From NCBI GenBank assembly GCA_026418415.1, contig JAOABK010000001.1, positions 7,080 to 71,079 on the forward strand: a stretch of DNA of 64,000 nt, written 5' to 3'. The position numbers and the translations under genes were made by a program. The DNA comes from Pseudomonadota bacterium. Its GTDB lineage: Bacteria; CALINM01. The notes under the pieces are model-generated. The model was not told the origin of the DNA, did not search any database, and saw nothing but the letters and a program-made list of their open reading frames with translations. Of the stretch, positions 48,444 to 58,600 are shown piece by piece (the stretch's first letter is position 1; each line of letters opens with the position of its first letter).

Positions 48444-49357
48444 AGAGATTTATCTTATTGATGATAATTTTTTTATTTATTATAGGCGATAGGTCCTATT
48501 CTAAGGAGAGAGTTGTTGCTGTAATTTTAGCATCTAATTTAGAAAAGTTTAAAATAGCCTATAATGAATTACAAAGAACGCTACAAGAACATAAAAAGGA
48601 TAGTTATGTTCAGATTGTTTTATCAACACCTAACCCTGATCCTGCTTCATGGGCAAATGCTTTAAAGAGGGCGGAAGGTATGGAAGTAGATTTAATTATT
48701 GCTTTTGGCGCTCCTCTTGCTTATACGGCTTTGAAGGAAAGAATATCAGTGCCTCTTTTGTATGTTGATGTCTATGAAAAGGGTATTCTCGATGCTTTTA
48801 AATCAAAACAGATGACTGGGATTTATAATGTTATTCCAATAACAACAGTTTTGAAGAATTTGTTAGCGTTAAAGAGTTTTAAAACCTTACATGTTCTATA
48901 TTGTCCTTTAGAGAAAGAGAGCGAAATACAAGCAGGAAAAATTAAAGAGTTAGCAGAATACGAAGGTATAAAAGTATCCCTACATCCTTTAAAAAGTGCT
49001 CAATCAGTTTATGATATAAGTATAAACAATACCGATGCAATTTTTTTAACATCATCTGTAATTTTAGAGATGGGTGCTAATAAGATAGCTCAGTTTGCAA
49101 TAGAAAAAGAGGTTCCTTTAGTTGGTGTTTCAGAGACTGTAACAAATGCAGGTGGACTTATGTGTGTTGCACCGGATGCTAAAATACAGGGTAGGTTAAT
49201 TTCAAATTTTTTGTTAAACTATATTGAAAAGGGTATTTTAACTAAGAGCGAACAGATTAAGGAAGTTAATTTTATACTAAATATGAAGACTGCAAAAAGA
49301 ATTAATATTACAATACCTTTTACAGTTTTAAATAACGTAACAAAGGTAATAAAATGA
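48437..49357 (+). CDS. Periplasmic substrate-binding protein (ABC_sub_bind / PF04392-like)
   Basis: Signal peptide and PBP-fold motifs (DLIIAFGAPLAYTA, VPLVGVSETVTNAGGLMCVAPD). The start overlaps the barrel stop by 7 nt. Confidence 0.65.
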   Translation: MVKRFILLMIIFLFIIGDRSYSKERVVAVILASNLEKFKIAYNELQRTLQEHKKDSYVQIVLSTPNPDPASWANALKRAEGMEVDLIIAFGAPLAYTALKERISVPLLYVDVYEKGILDAFKSKQMTGIYNVIPITTVLKNLLALKSFKTLHVLYCPLEKESEIQAGKIKELAEYEGIKVSLHPLKSAQSVYDISINNTDAIFLTSSVILEMGANKIAQFAIEKEVPLVGVSETVTNAGGLMCVAPDAKIQGRLISNFLLNYIEKGILTKSEQIKEVNFILNMKTAKRINITIPFTVLNNVTKVIK

Positions 49358-51408
49358 AAGAAAAGAGCATAAAAACACCATTATACACAACAGTATTTAT
49401 CTCAATAGCATTAGCTTCACTAATTACAGCAATAGTCATTACAATCAATTTTTATAGTGATTATAAAAATAATGTATATAAAACCATTCGAAATATAGGT
49501 AATAAATTTAGTGATGATTTGCAGAAGATGATTGCCTTTGGTTTAACTATTTATGATATACCTAATTTCCAAAATGATTTAAATGAGAAATTGAATGAGG
49601 AACCAAGTATAGCATATATAATTATAACTGAGATGGATGGAACAATTTTAGCAACCAATTCAAATACACAATTAAATCAAAAGTTTTTAAGTAAAGATAT
49701 GGAAGATGTTAATGTTAATAATGAGAGGGCTTTGAATTTTCAAATAAAGGTAAAAGATCCGGAAAGACAAAATGAATTAAGATACTTGATAAACATTGGT
49801 TTGAAAAAGGGTTTTTTAAGTAAAAAAATTTACGGTTCTTTAATGATGGTGCTTGCTGTATCATTTACCACTATTTTCACAGTTTTCTTTGTTTTTAAGA
49901 GAATTATTAATAAAAGAATTGTAGAACCATTAAAAGAACTTAAAGATGCTACAGAAAAGGTTACTAATGGAGAACTATCTGTTAGTCTAACCCCTGTTTT
50001 TAATGATGAAATTGGACTTGTAACAGACAACTTCTCTGCGATGGTTAAAGAAATCAAAGAGATACTGAATAAAATTAAGGATAGTATAGAAAAGCTCAGA
50101 AATATAGGCGATAGAACTGGAGAAATAAGTCAAACCGTTAGAGATGGTTCTTTTAAACAAAAAGAGGGCATAGACAACATAAGAAAGATTTACTCTGATA
50201 TAGAAGATAGAATAAAAGCCCTCAAAAACAAGGTAAATTCACTGAATGATTTTCTTGAGCTTACTACTTCTACATTTTTGGAATTATCTGCTTCTTCTGA
50301 AGAGATTTCAAAGCTTATGGAGGAACTTCTTAGTGTAGTAGTTAAAGTAGAAGAGGCTTATAATAAACTTAGAAATATAAACATAAAACTTGATGAAGGA
50401 GCAGTTCTTTTAGAAAGGGAAGTAGAAAATATTCTTTCCTTTGTAAATCAATTAGACGCTTCGGTCAGAATAACTCTTCAGAACATTAATGAAACTTCAA
50501 GGATGGCTGAAAAAATAAATAAATTGGCAGAAGAGAGTAAATGGGCAACAAAAAGTTCAATTGAAAGTGTCAATAAAATGGCTGAAGTAACATTAGAGAC
50601 TAAAAATGCCTTCGGAATATTAAGAAACAATATAAACAAAATAACAGCAATTTTAGATGTTATAAATGAGGTTGCTGAACAGACAAATATGTTGGCTCTT
50701 AATGCTGCAATTATTGCAACTCAGAGTGATGAAAGTGGAAGAGCATTTGCTATAGTCGCTGATGAAATAAAAAATTTGTCTCGAAGAACACAAAAATCTA
50801 CCCTTGAGATATCGAGTCTTATTTCAGATATTATGAATCAAACTGAAAATGTATATTTTAAGGTTCAAGAAAGCGTTAATGAAGGTAATGTAGTTCTGGA
50901 ACAATCAAGGAATATCGAAGAAAAGGTTGCTCAAATTATTGATTTAGTATATAAACTAACAGAAAGTATGGGACAGGTTCTAAAGGCATCAAACGAACAA
51001 TCTGAAGGGAGTTCAGCTTTAAGAAGGGGTGTAGAAGATTTAAAAAATATTTCTAAAACATTAATAAATGTAAAAGATGAAGCGGTTAAGGTGGGTAACA
51101 CTATTAATGAATTATTTGATTTTATAGTTAACGTTACTAATAAAGTAAACAACTCGGTAAGAGAACAAAATGCATCAATAGGGAGTGTTAAAGGTTCCTT
51201 TGTTGAATTAAGTAATTTTTCAAAGGATTTAGTTGAACATATAGATAAAGAGGAAAAGGAGATAAAAATCTCAGAAAAAGCTCTTGAAGATGTATTGAAT
51301 TTATCCGAAGAAAATGCGATTAAGAGTAAAAACTTAGAAGAAAAGTTGTTAGAAATAAAAGAACAAATTTCTCTTTTCAAGGATTTGACAAACAAATTCA
51401 GACTTTAA
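49354..51408 (+). CDS. Methyl-accepting chemotaxis protein
   Basis: Two TM helices flank a ~130-aa periplasmic domain, followed by HAMP and the highly conserved MCP signalling region (EQTNMLALNAAIIATQSDESGRAFAIVADEIKNLSRRT). ATGA overlap with the binding-protein gene. Confidence 0.85.
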   Translation: MKEKSIKTPLYTTVFISIALASLITAIVITINFYSDYKNNVYKTIRNIGNKFSDDLQKMIAFGLTIYDIPNFQNDLNEKLNEEPSIAYIIITEMDGTILATNSNTQLNQKFLSKDMEDVNVNNERALNFQIKVKDPERQNELRYLINIGLKKGFLSKKIYGSLMMVLAVSFTTIFTVFFVFKRIINKRIVEPLKELKDATEKVTNGELSVSLTPVFNDEIGLVTDNFSAMVKEIKEILNKIKDSIEKLRNIGDRTGEISQTVRDGSFKQKEGIDNIRKIYSDIEDRIKALKNKVNSLNDFLELTTSTFLELSASSEEISKLMEELLSVVVKVEEAYNKLRNINIKLDEGAVLLEREVENILSFVNQLDASVRITLQNINETSRMAEKINKLAEESKWATKSSIESVNKMAEVTLETKNAFGILRNNINKITAILDVINEVAEQTNMLALNAAIIATQSDESGRAFAIVADEIKNLSRRTQKSTLEISSLISDIMNQTENVYFKVQESVNEGNVVLEQSRNIEEKVAQIIDLVYKLTESMGQVLKASNEQSEGSSALRRGVEDLKNISKTLINVKDEAVKVGNTINELFDFIVNVTNKVNNSVREQNASIGSVKGSFVELSNFSKDLVEHIDKEEKEIKISEKALEDVLNLSEENAIKSKNLEEKLLEIKEQISLFKDLTNKFRL

Positions 51409-51527
51409 TAAATTTGGTAATAATTAAAAGATTACCGAGCTATTTAATATCAAGTTTATTTTTTTTTTATCTTCATCTATAATAATTAAGCTATATTTTT
51501 AAAAATCACTCCTATAGGAGGGGTAAT

Positions 51528-54023
51528 TTGGAAAGCTTAAATTTTGTGGGAAAAGTTGTTGAAGTTAATATCGAAGAAGAGGTTAAACAATCCTATCTCG
51601 ACTATGCTATGAGTGTTATTGTTGGAAGAGCTCTTCCCGACGCTAGGGATGGACTGAAGCCTGTTCATAGAAGAATACTTTATGCCATGTATGACATGGG
51701 AAATGAATGGAATAAACCTTATAAAAAATCAGCACGTATAGTTGGAGATGTTATAGGTAAATATCATCCCCATGGTGATCAAGCAGTTTATGATGCAATA
51801 GTTAGAATGGCTCAAGACTTTTCAATGAGAATGCCACTTATTGATGGGCAAGGTAATTTTGGGTCTATTGATGGAGATCCACCTGCTGCTATGCGTTATA
51901 CAGAAGTCAGGATGAAACAGCTCTCTTCAGAATTACTTGCAGATATAGATAAAGATACTGTGGATTTTGTTCCTAATTATGATGGATCTTTAAAAGAACC
52001 AGTTGTTTTACCCGCTAAATTTCCTAATTTACTTGTCAATGGTGCTTCAGGAATAGCAGTCGGAATGGCTACTAATATTCCCACTCACAATCTTGTTGAA
52101 TGTATTGATGCTACAATTTATTGTATTGATAATCCTGATTGCTCAATTGAAGATATCATAAAAATAATGCCAGGCCCCGATTTTCCAACATACGGAATTA
52201 TTTATGACAATGGTGATATATTTAATGCCTATAAAACAGGGCGAGGTACAATAAAAATTAGGGGTAAAATTGAGGAAGAAGCCCTAAAGGGAGATAAGAC
52301 AGCTCTTGTAATAACAGAGTTACCCTATCAGGTTAACAAGGCTGAATTAATAAAAAAAATAGCTGAATTAGCGAGAGATAAAAAAATAGAAGGGATATCA
52401 GACATAAGAGACGAGTCTGATAAAGATGGTATACGTGTTGTGATTGAATTAAAAAGAAATGTGCCGGGTTTAATAATTAAAAACCAGCTTTTTAAATATA
52501 CACAACTTGAACAGTCTTTTGGTATTAATATGATTGCCCTTGTTAAGGGACAACCTAAGCTACTAAATCTAAAAGAACTTATATTTGTTTTCATTGAACA
52601 TAGAAAAGAAGTTGTTACAAGAAGAACACTATTTGATTTAAATGATGCAAAAAAAAGAGCTCATATACTTGAAGGTCTGAAAATAGCCATAGATAATTTA
52701 GACTTAACGATAAAATTGATTAGAGAATCTAAATCACCAAAAGAGGCCAAAACAGCCTTAATGACAAATTTGAGTCTCAGTGAAGAACAGGCTCAAGCAA
52801 TACTTGACATGAAGCTTCAAAGACTAACGAACATGGAAAGGGAAAAGATTATTGAAGATTATGAAAAAATAATAAAGTTGATAGCAGAATTAGAAGGCAT
52901 ACTAAAAGATGAAAGGAAAATTTATGATATTATTAAAAAAGAGTTAGAAGAGATAAAAAATAAATATGGTGATAAAAGAAGAACAATAATAGAAGCACAA
53001 CAAATTGAACTTGACAAAGAAGATTTGATCCCCGAAGAACAGGTTGTAGTAACGATTACCCATAGGGGATTTATAAAAAGAACACCAGTAAATGAATATA
53101 AGAAACAAAAAAGAGGTGGCAAAGGGAAAATCGGGTTAACACTAAAGGAAGGGGATTTTATAAGAGATCTTTTCATAGCCTCAACCCATGATTATATTCT
53201 TGCTTTTACTAACTTAGGAAGAATGTACGTAAGCAAAACCTATGAATTTCCTGAAGCAGATAGGACCTCCTATGGAAAAATTATTACTAACTATTTCCCT
53301 TTGAAAGAGAACGAAAAGGTAATTAACTTAGTTTCAGTTAGTACTTTTGATACTGATAAAGAAATATTTTTTGCTACAGAAAAGGGAATTGTAAAAAAGA
53401 CCGCACTGAGCTTATTTAAAAATGTAAGAAAGACTGGAATTAATGCTATAAACATACATGATGATGATTTTCTTGTGTCTGCTGCTATAGTAGGAATTGA
53501 TGAAGATATAATACTCTCCACTAAAAATGGAAAGAGTATAAGATTTGGAGTCGAGCAAGTAAGAAGCATGGGAAGAACTGCTGCTGGAGTTAAGGGAATT
53601 GAGTTGAGTGAAGGAGATAAGGTTGTCTCTATGGATGTTATAACCAAGGATGATGATAGCTCACTTTTAACTGTGACAACTTTAGGGTATGGCAAAAGAA
53701 CTAAGATCAAAGAGTATAGAGTTCAAAATAGAGGGGGAAAAGGTATTTTGACTGTCAGACTGACAGAAAAAAATGGAAATGTTATGGGAGTTTTACACGT
53801 AAAAGATGATGATGAGATATTGCTCATTTCAAGTAGTGGAAAAATTGTAAGATTGTCGGTCAAAAGTAGCATACCTGAATATGCAAGAAATAGCCAGGGT
53901 GTAAAACTAATAGATTTACAGGGCGATGAGAGGATAGTGAGCATTGGTAAGATAATAGAGAAGGAAGAAATCGAAGAAAATGAGACAGAAGGGGAAAATG
54001 GCGATGAAAATAAACTATTATAA
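51528..54023 (+). CDS. gyrA: DNA gyrase subunit A
   Basis: Active-site region [26 protein letters not shown] and C-terminal beta-pinwheel repeats. Probable TTG start after GGAGGGG. Confidence 0.95.
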   Translation: MESLNFVGKVVEVNIEEEVKQSYLDYAMSVIVGRALPDARDGLKPVHRRILYAMYDMGNEWNKPYKKSARIVGDVIGKYHPHGDQAVYDAIVRMAQDFSMRMPLIDGQGNFGSIDGDPPAAMRYTEVRMKQLSSELLADIDKDTVDFVPNYDGSLKEPVVLPAKFPNLLVNGASGIAVGMATNIPTHNLVECIDATIYCIDNPDCSIEDIIKIMPGPDFPTYGIIYDNGDIFNAYKTGRGTIKIRGKIEEEALKGDKTALVITELPYQVNKAELIKKIAELARDKKIEGISDIRDESDKDGIRVVIELKRNVPGLIIKNQLFKYTQLEQSFGINMIALVKGQPKLLNLKELIFVFIEHRKEVVTRRTLFDLNDAKKRAHILEGLKIAIDNLDLTIKLIRESKSPKEAKTALMTNLSLSEEQAQAILDMKLQRLTNMEREKIIEDYEKIIKLIAELEGILKDERKIYDIIKKELEEIKNKYGDKRRTIIEAQQIELDKEDLIPEEQVVVTITHRGFIKRTPVNEYKKQKRGGKGKIGLTLKEGDFIRDLFIASTHDYILAFTNLGRMYVSKTYEFPEADRTSYGKIITNYFPLKENEKVINLVSVSTFDTDKEIFFATEKGIVKKTALSLFKNVRKTGINAINIHDDDFLVSAAIVGIDEDIILSTKNGKSIRFGVEQVRSMGRTAAGVKGIELSEGDKVVSMDVITKDDDSSLLTVTTLGYGKRTKIKEYRVQNRGGKGILTVRLTEKNGNVMGVLHVKDDDEILLISSSGKIVRLSVKSSIPEYARNSQGVKLIDLQGDERIVSIGKIIEKEEIEENETEGENGDENKLL

Positions 54024-54921
54024 GTTAGCATTTATATTGTTATTCTGTTTTTTTCTTTTTAGTTGTGCTGAGAGAAAAGCTAAAAATTCTTATAAAATGG
54101 CAGAGGAATTGTTAAAGAATAATAATTATAAAGAAGCGGTTGCTAAGTATGTAGAAGTTTTAAAGTATGATAAACCAATTCCTGAAGTTGAAGATTCCTA
54201 TTACAAAATAGGTGTTATTTATTCTAAATATTTAGACGATCCTAATTCAGCCATCTATTACTTTGAGCAAATGTTTACCAAGTTTCCAAAGTCATCACGT
54301 ATTCCAGAAGTAAAGAAGGATATTGCTTATACATATCTGTATAAGTTAAATCAGCCAGAAAAGGCTCTTACTCATTTAGAATATATCGAACAGAACCATA
54401 AAAATTATCCTCAATTAGATGAAGTCGTGTATCATAAGTCTAAATCATTGATTTCTCTAAAAAAATATGATGAAGCAATGAAAACAGTTGAAAATTTCAA
54501 TACTGTTTTCCCAAATTCTAAGTTTAATGAAGAAGTTGATTATCAGAAGGGACTTATAAAATTTAATCAGGGTAGATACAAAGAAGCAATTGAAAATTAT
54601 AATAATTATATTCAAAAATATCCAAATGGTTCTTTTAAAGCCTTAGCTAAATTTGATATAGGAGTTTCTCAAGAGAATTTAGGTAACTACAAGGAGGCAT
54701 TAGAAACTTTCAAAAGCATAGGTTCTGAGTATCCTAACCAGGAAGCATTAAAAATTAAAATTCAAAAATTAGAAGAGAGATTAAAGAAAAAAAGTAAAGC
54801 ACCCGTAACAAGAACCCCTAAATCTCTAAAAAAATCAAGGGAGCAGACAAAATCATCTGTTAAAAGAACAACAAAAAAATCCACTAAAAAAACAAAAAGT
54901 AGCAAAAATAGTGAAAATTAG
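54004..54921 (+). CDS. TPR-repeat outer-membrane lipoprotein (BamD/YbgF-like) with Lys/Ser/Thr-rich C-terminal tail
   Basis: Lipobox LFSC and TPR-like repeats ([12 protein letters not shown]..., [13 protein letters not shown]). The basic tail reads [44 protein letters not shown]. It overlaps the gyrA 3' end by 20 nt. Confidence 0.55.
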   Translation: MKINYYKLAFILLFCFFLFSCAERKAKNSYKMAEELLKNNNYKEAVAKYVEVLKYDKPIPEVEDSYYKIGVIYSKYLDDPNSAIYYFEQMFTKFPKSSRIPEVKKDIAYTYLYKLNQPEKALTHLEYIEQNHKNYPQLDEVVYHKSKSLISLKKYDEAMKTVENFNTVFPNSKFNEEVDYQKGLIKFNQGRYKEAIENYNNYIQKYPNGSFKALAKFDIGVSQENLGNYKEALETFKSIGSEYPNQEALKIKIQKLEERLKKKSKAPVTRTPKSLKKSREQTKSSVKRTTKKSTKKTKSSKNSEN

Positions 54922-55324
54922 TGTTATAAGTATTGGTAATAAAATTGTCGAACGAGATTTAAAAGAATATTCCAACGAGTTAATTAAAAGAATTAAACCC
55001 TTTGCAAAGATAGAAGAAATATATTTTAAAGAAACAAAACAACTTTTTGAAAATATAGAAAACCTAACAAATGTAATTATACTTGATGTTGATGGCAAAC
55101 AATTAAATTCCAAAGAATTTTCAGAATTACTGAAGAAGGATCTAACTTTTATTATCGGTCCACATAATGGTTTTAGTGAGCAAGAAAGGAGGCATCTTTT
55201 AAATAAGTTTAAATCCCTATCATTATCAAAACTAACTTTTCCCCATCGATTATGCAAAATATTACTCTTAGAGCAAATATATAGAGGGTTTTGCATACTT
55301 TCAAATCATCCCTATGCCAAGTAG
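54911..55324 (+). CDS. rlmH: 23S rRNA (pseudouridine1915-N3)-methyltransferase
   Basis: SPOUT RlmH motifs (IIGPHNGFSEQ, LSLSKLTFPHRL, NHPY) with a GTG start. Confidence 0.8.
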   Translation: MKISVISIGNKIVERDLKEYSNELIKRIKPFAKIEEIYFKETKQLFENIENLTNVIILDVDGKQLNSKEFSELLKKDLTFIIGPHNGFSEQERRHLLNKFKSLSLSKLTFPHRLCKILLLEQIYRGFCILSNHPYAK

Positions 55325-55645
55325 TTATATAAAAATCTAATTTTTATAATTCAGATATTGAATCGCTTTATTTTCTAATTTTTTATTTCAATAATTTTGC
55401 TTTTCAGGGTATAAATTTTAAAAATTTTATTAAAACGTTAAAATTATAAAAATTTAATTGACAAATTTTAATTATAGAAGTAGGATTGCGATTAGAAATG
55501 TTTAATATAATAAAAAAGATATCTCAACCCTTTTTAGTATCTGTTAAATTTTTACCGTTTTTTAACAATAATATTGATCAAGCTGCTTTTTTTAGTTTTC
55601 AAATTTTACAAAAAATTAAATTCAACGTATTTAGTGAGGAAAAAT

Positions 55646-58600
55646 GTGAAACCTAAAAGTTTAAAATTTTTATTTTTATTTTTTTTTATAGTTTTCTTTG
55701 TTAAAACTGCCTTTAGTGTTGATCCACCACATGATAGATTTAGCTGTAATAATTGTCATGGAAACAATTTGATCTCAACTAAAAATGGTGGACTGGATTT
55801 AAGCCGGATGTGTTTAGACTGTCATAAGCCCGGTGGCTATGGAAAGCCTGTAAACACAAAACCTGCAAACCCCTATGGTACAGCTGATTTAATTATACAA
55901 AGGCACAAAGGAACGGAGCATGCCTTTTTAGGTGGTGACAACAATCCTTTAGCGAAAGCGGTTAGCCCCTCTGGTGACGAGTTTTATGGTCATAATGTAA
56001 CTGGAGTTATAACATGCGCTTCCTGTCACAATCCCCATGTTCAAAATAATGAAGATGGAAAGTTTTTACGAGTGAAATTAGGTAAAACAGACGAACTATG
56101 TTTAAGATGTCATGTAGATATGAACCAAAAACCTAATGGATACTCCCATCCAGTGAACGTTTCTCTCAATAAAGATGGTTTCTTTGTTCTGCCTCAGTTT
56201 AGTTCCTTAAGAAAGGTTTATGAGAAAAAGGAAAATAATTTAACCTGTACAGTATGCCATAAAACACATAATGGTTTTTCAAAAATAACATCTTATGGTC
56301 ATTCTGGTGATGGCTTTCTTGGAAGAACTGAAATTGATGAATGGTTGTGTTTACAGTGTCATAAAAAACCTGTTCATGGAAATTCAAAGGGGAGGCCAGA
56401 GCCTTTATGCAAAGATTGCCACACAATGCATAACCCAGGGAATAACATCAAATTGATAAAAAATAGTATAAACTTTAACGGTAATACAAAGGAAGTTAAT
56501 TTTAAAAACAATTCTTTAGCGACTGACTTTTATAATTTAGAGGGCAGTGGTGTTTGTCAGGTTTGTCATAGAAACACAAAATACTTTAAAAACTATACTG
56601 CATCTAAGTTTATAGTTACAGGAACATCCATTCACAACCCAGATAATCTAATTTGTACAGAATGTCATTCCCATGGGAATTTGGTTAATTTTCAAGCTCC
56701 AAAGGCTAAAGAAAAGCCAAATTTTGAAAAAGATGCTTTTAAAGGATGTGCGGGATGTCATGGTTTTCCACCTACATTAAATTCTTTAGGTAATAATGGA
56801 CTTGCAAGAAATGAAGGTGGAACGGGTTCTATGAATGTTGGTGCTCATATAAAACATGCAACAGAAACTGGTTATTCATTTGCTTGTAATACATGCCATA
56901 AGGGTGGAATGCCATTAACACCAATATACGATAAGAAGATTCAAATTGGTTTCGAGCTTTTTAATGGGCTTTTAAAAGGAGGTTTTTTTGAGGGAAGGAG
57001 CTCTATTAAAAATGGTTATAGTTTTTCAAGTGGTAATGGGGAAACAAATGTCTCTAATGGTAGCACAAGCAAATGCACAAACATATACTGCCATAGCAAT
57101 GCGAATCCTATCGACAAAGCAACAGTTTACAAAGAGATAGGGTGGAATAATAAAAATATTTCATGTAGGGATTGTCATAATGATATTACATATCCCGATG
57201 GTCTAAGTAGTTATCATAAAAAACATTTACAAAGTGGCTATAACTATAAATGCGAGGATTGTCATAAAGAAACAGTAATAGGAAATAATGAAATTAAGAA
57301 TAAGACCAAGCATGTAAATAGTATAAAAGACGTTGTATTTAAGCTAACAGGCGATTATGGTGTTGATAAGTCTTGTACTGTTTATTGTCATAGCGATGGA
57401 AAGGGAGGCCAACCCGAACAACAGGTTAGATGGAATATTAGTTTAACAATATCCTGCGATTCATGTCATAGAGGCAGGCTTAATGATTTTAAACAAATGA
57501 CTTCTTTTGGTCATAATAGGTTGGTGAGTAAAAACTGGATTAGAAAATATCCTTGCTATTATTGCCATGATGATACTGTTGATGAAAATGGAAATATAAA
57601 AAGTTATACAAAACATATAAACCAGATTAAAGATGTCAAAATGAGTTCTAAATGGGCAATCCCAGGAAGACCAGAACCAGCATACATAACATCTACAAAG
57701 GTTTGTACTAATGTATATTGCCACAGTGATGGGACTACAAATCCAGAAGCAGTTAAACCATTTTCATGGAATGAGGGAAGGGCTAATTGTGATACCTGTC
57801 ATGGACATCCGAGAGGTACTTGTAATAATGCAGGTTGTCATGATGGCATAGCGAGAGAATTAAAGATAGATTGGAAACCCGAGGACATATGGAAATCTTC
57901 TGTGCCAATGTATCCAAATGAAGGAGCTGGAAAGCCAAGAGCTAACTCTCATGCAAGACATATAGAAACTAATTTTACCTGTGATAAATGTCACGCAACT
58001 ACAATAATTGGTGGAGATTGTTTAAGTTGTCATAAAAATGGTATCCCTCCTGGAAGCATGACAGAGGCACCTCATCTTAATGCGAATTATCATGTAAATG
58101 GTAGGAAGGACGTTGTATTCAAAGATGGTGGTGTTTATAACCCTATAACTAAGACATGTTCGAATACTAATTGTCATACTGGTGGTAGCGATCCACAGTG
58201 GGGTGGATCAGTTAATAGCGCTGTTATATGCCTTAGCTGTCATGGAACAACAGGTGGCGATATTGATAATTTTGATGCCTTCGATGGTACTCAAGCTAAG
58301 ATAAACCTAACACAATGGGCTGTCGCAGGACACGGAAGAAAAGCATCTCATGGCAATTATCCTTCAGGAAATCCTCCCGCAAATTTTCCGGGAAATCCCT
58401 GTTGGTATTGTCATGATAATACAGTGCTTCACAAGAAAGCTGATAATCCCTATAGGTTAAAATTACATAATCAGTTTGAAAGAAGGTTTGATAAAGAGTG
58501 TGTTTACTGTCATATGGAGAAGAAAGAAGAAGAGTGTTTAAAGTGCCATAATAGCGTGGAATCACTTGCACCACAGATGAATTCAGCATCTGTTGTAGCA

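Noticed and set aside
49830-54031. Antisense ORFs inside the MCP and gyrA genes (49830-50057, 50931-51395, 52328-52594, 52922-53176, 53291-53710, 53723-54031)
   Set aside because: The MCP and gyrA assignments are unambiguous. The antisense frames are long only because of the AT-rich codon bias of the sense strand.
54780-54921. Lys/Ser/Thr-rich basic C-terminal tail of the TPR lipoprotein as a possible separate small gene or repeat element
   Set aside because: It is in frame with and contiguous to the TPR lipoprotein ORF. This is a low-complexity basic tail, not a nucleotide-level tandem repeat.
55574-55645. N-terminal 24 codons of the giant cytochrome ORF as given in the track (MIKLLFLVFKFYKK...)
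   Set aside because: GTG 55646 is preceded by a GAGGA ribosome-binding site and gives a textbook Sec signal peptide (KPKSLKFLFLFFFIVFFVKTAFS|VD). The upstream extension has no ribosome-binding site and an odd composition.
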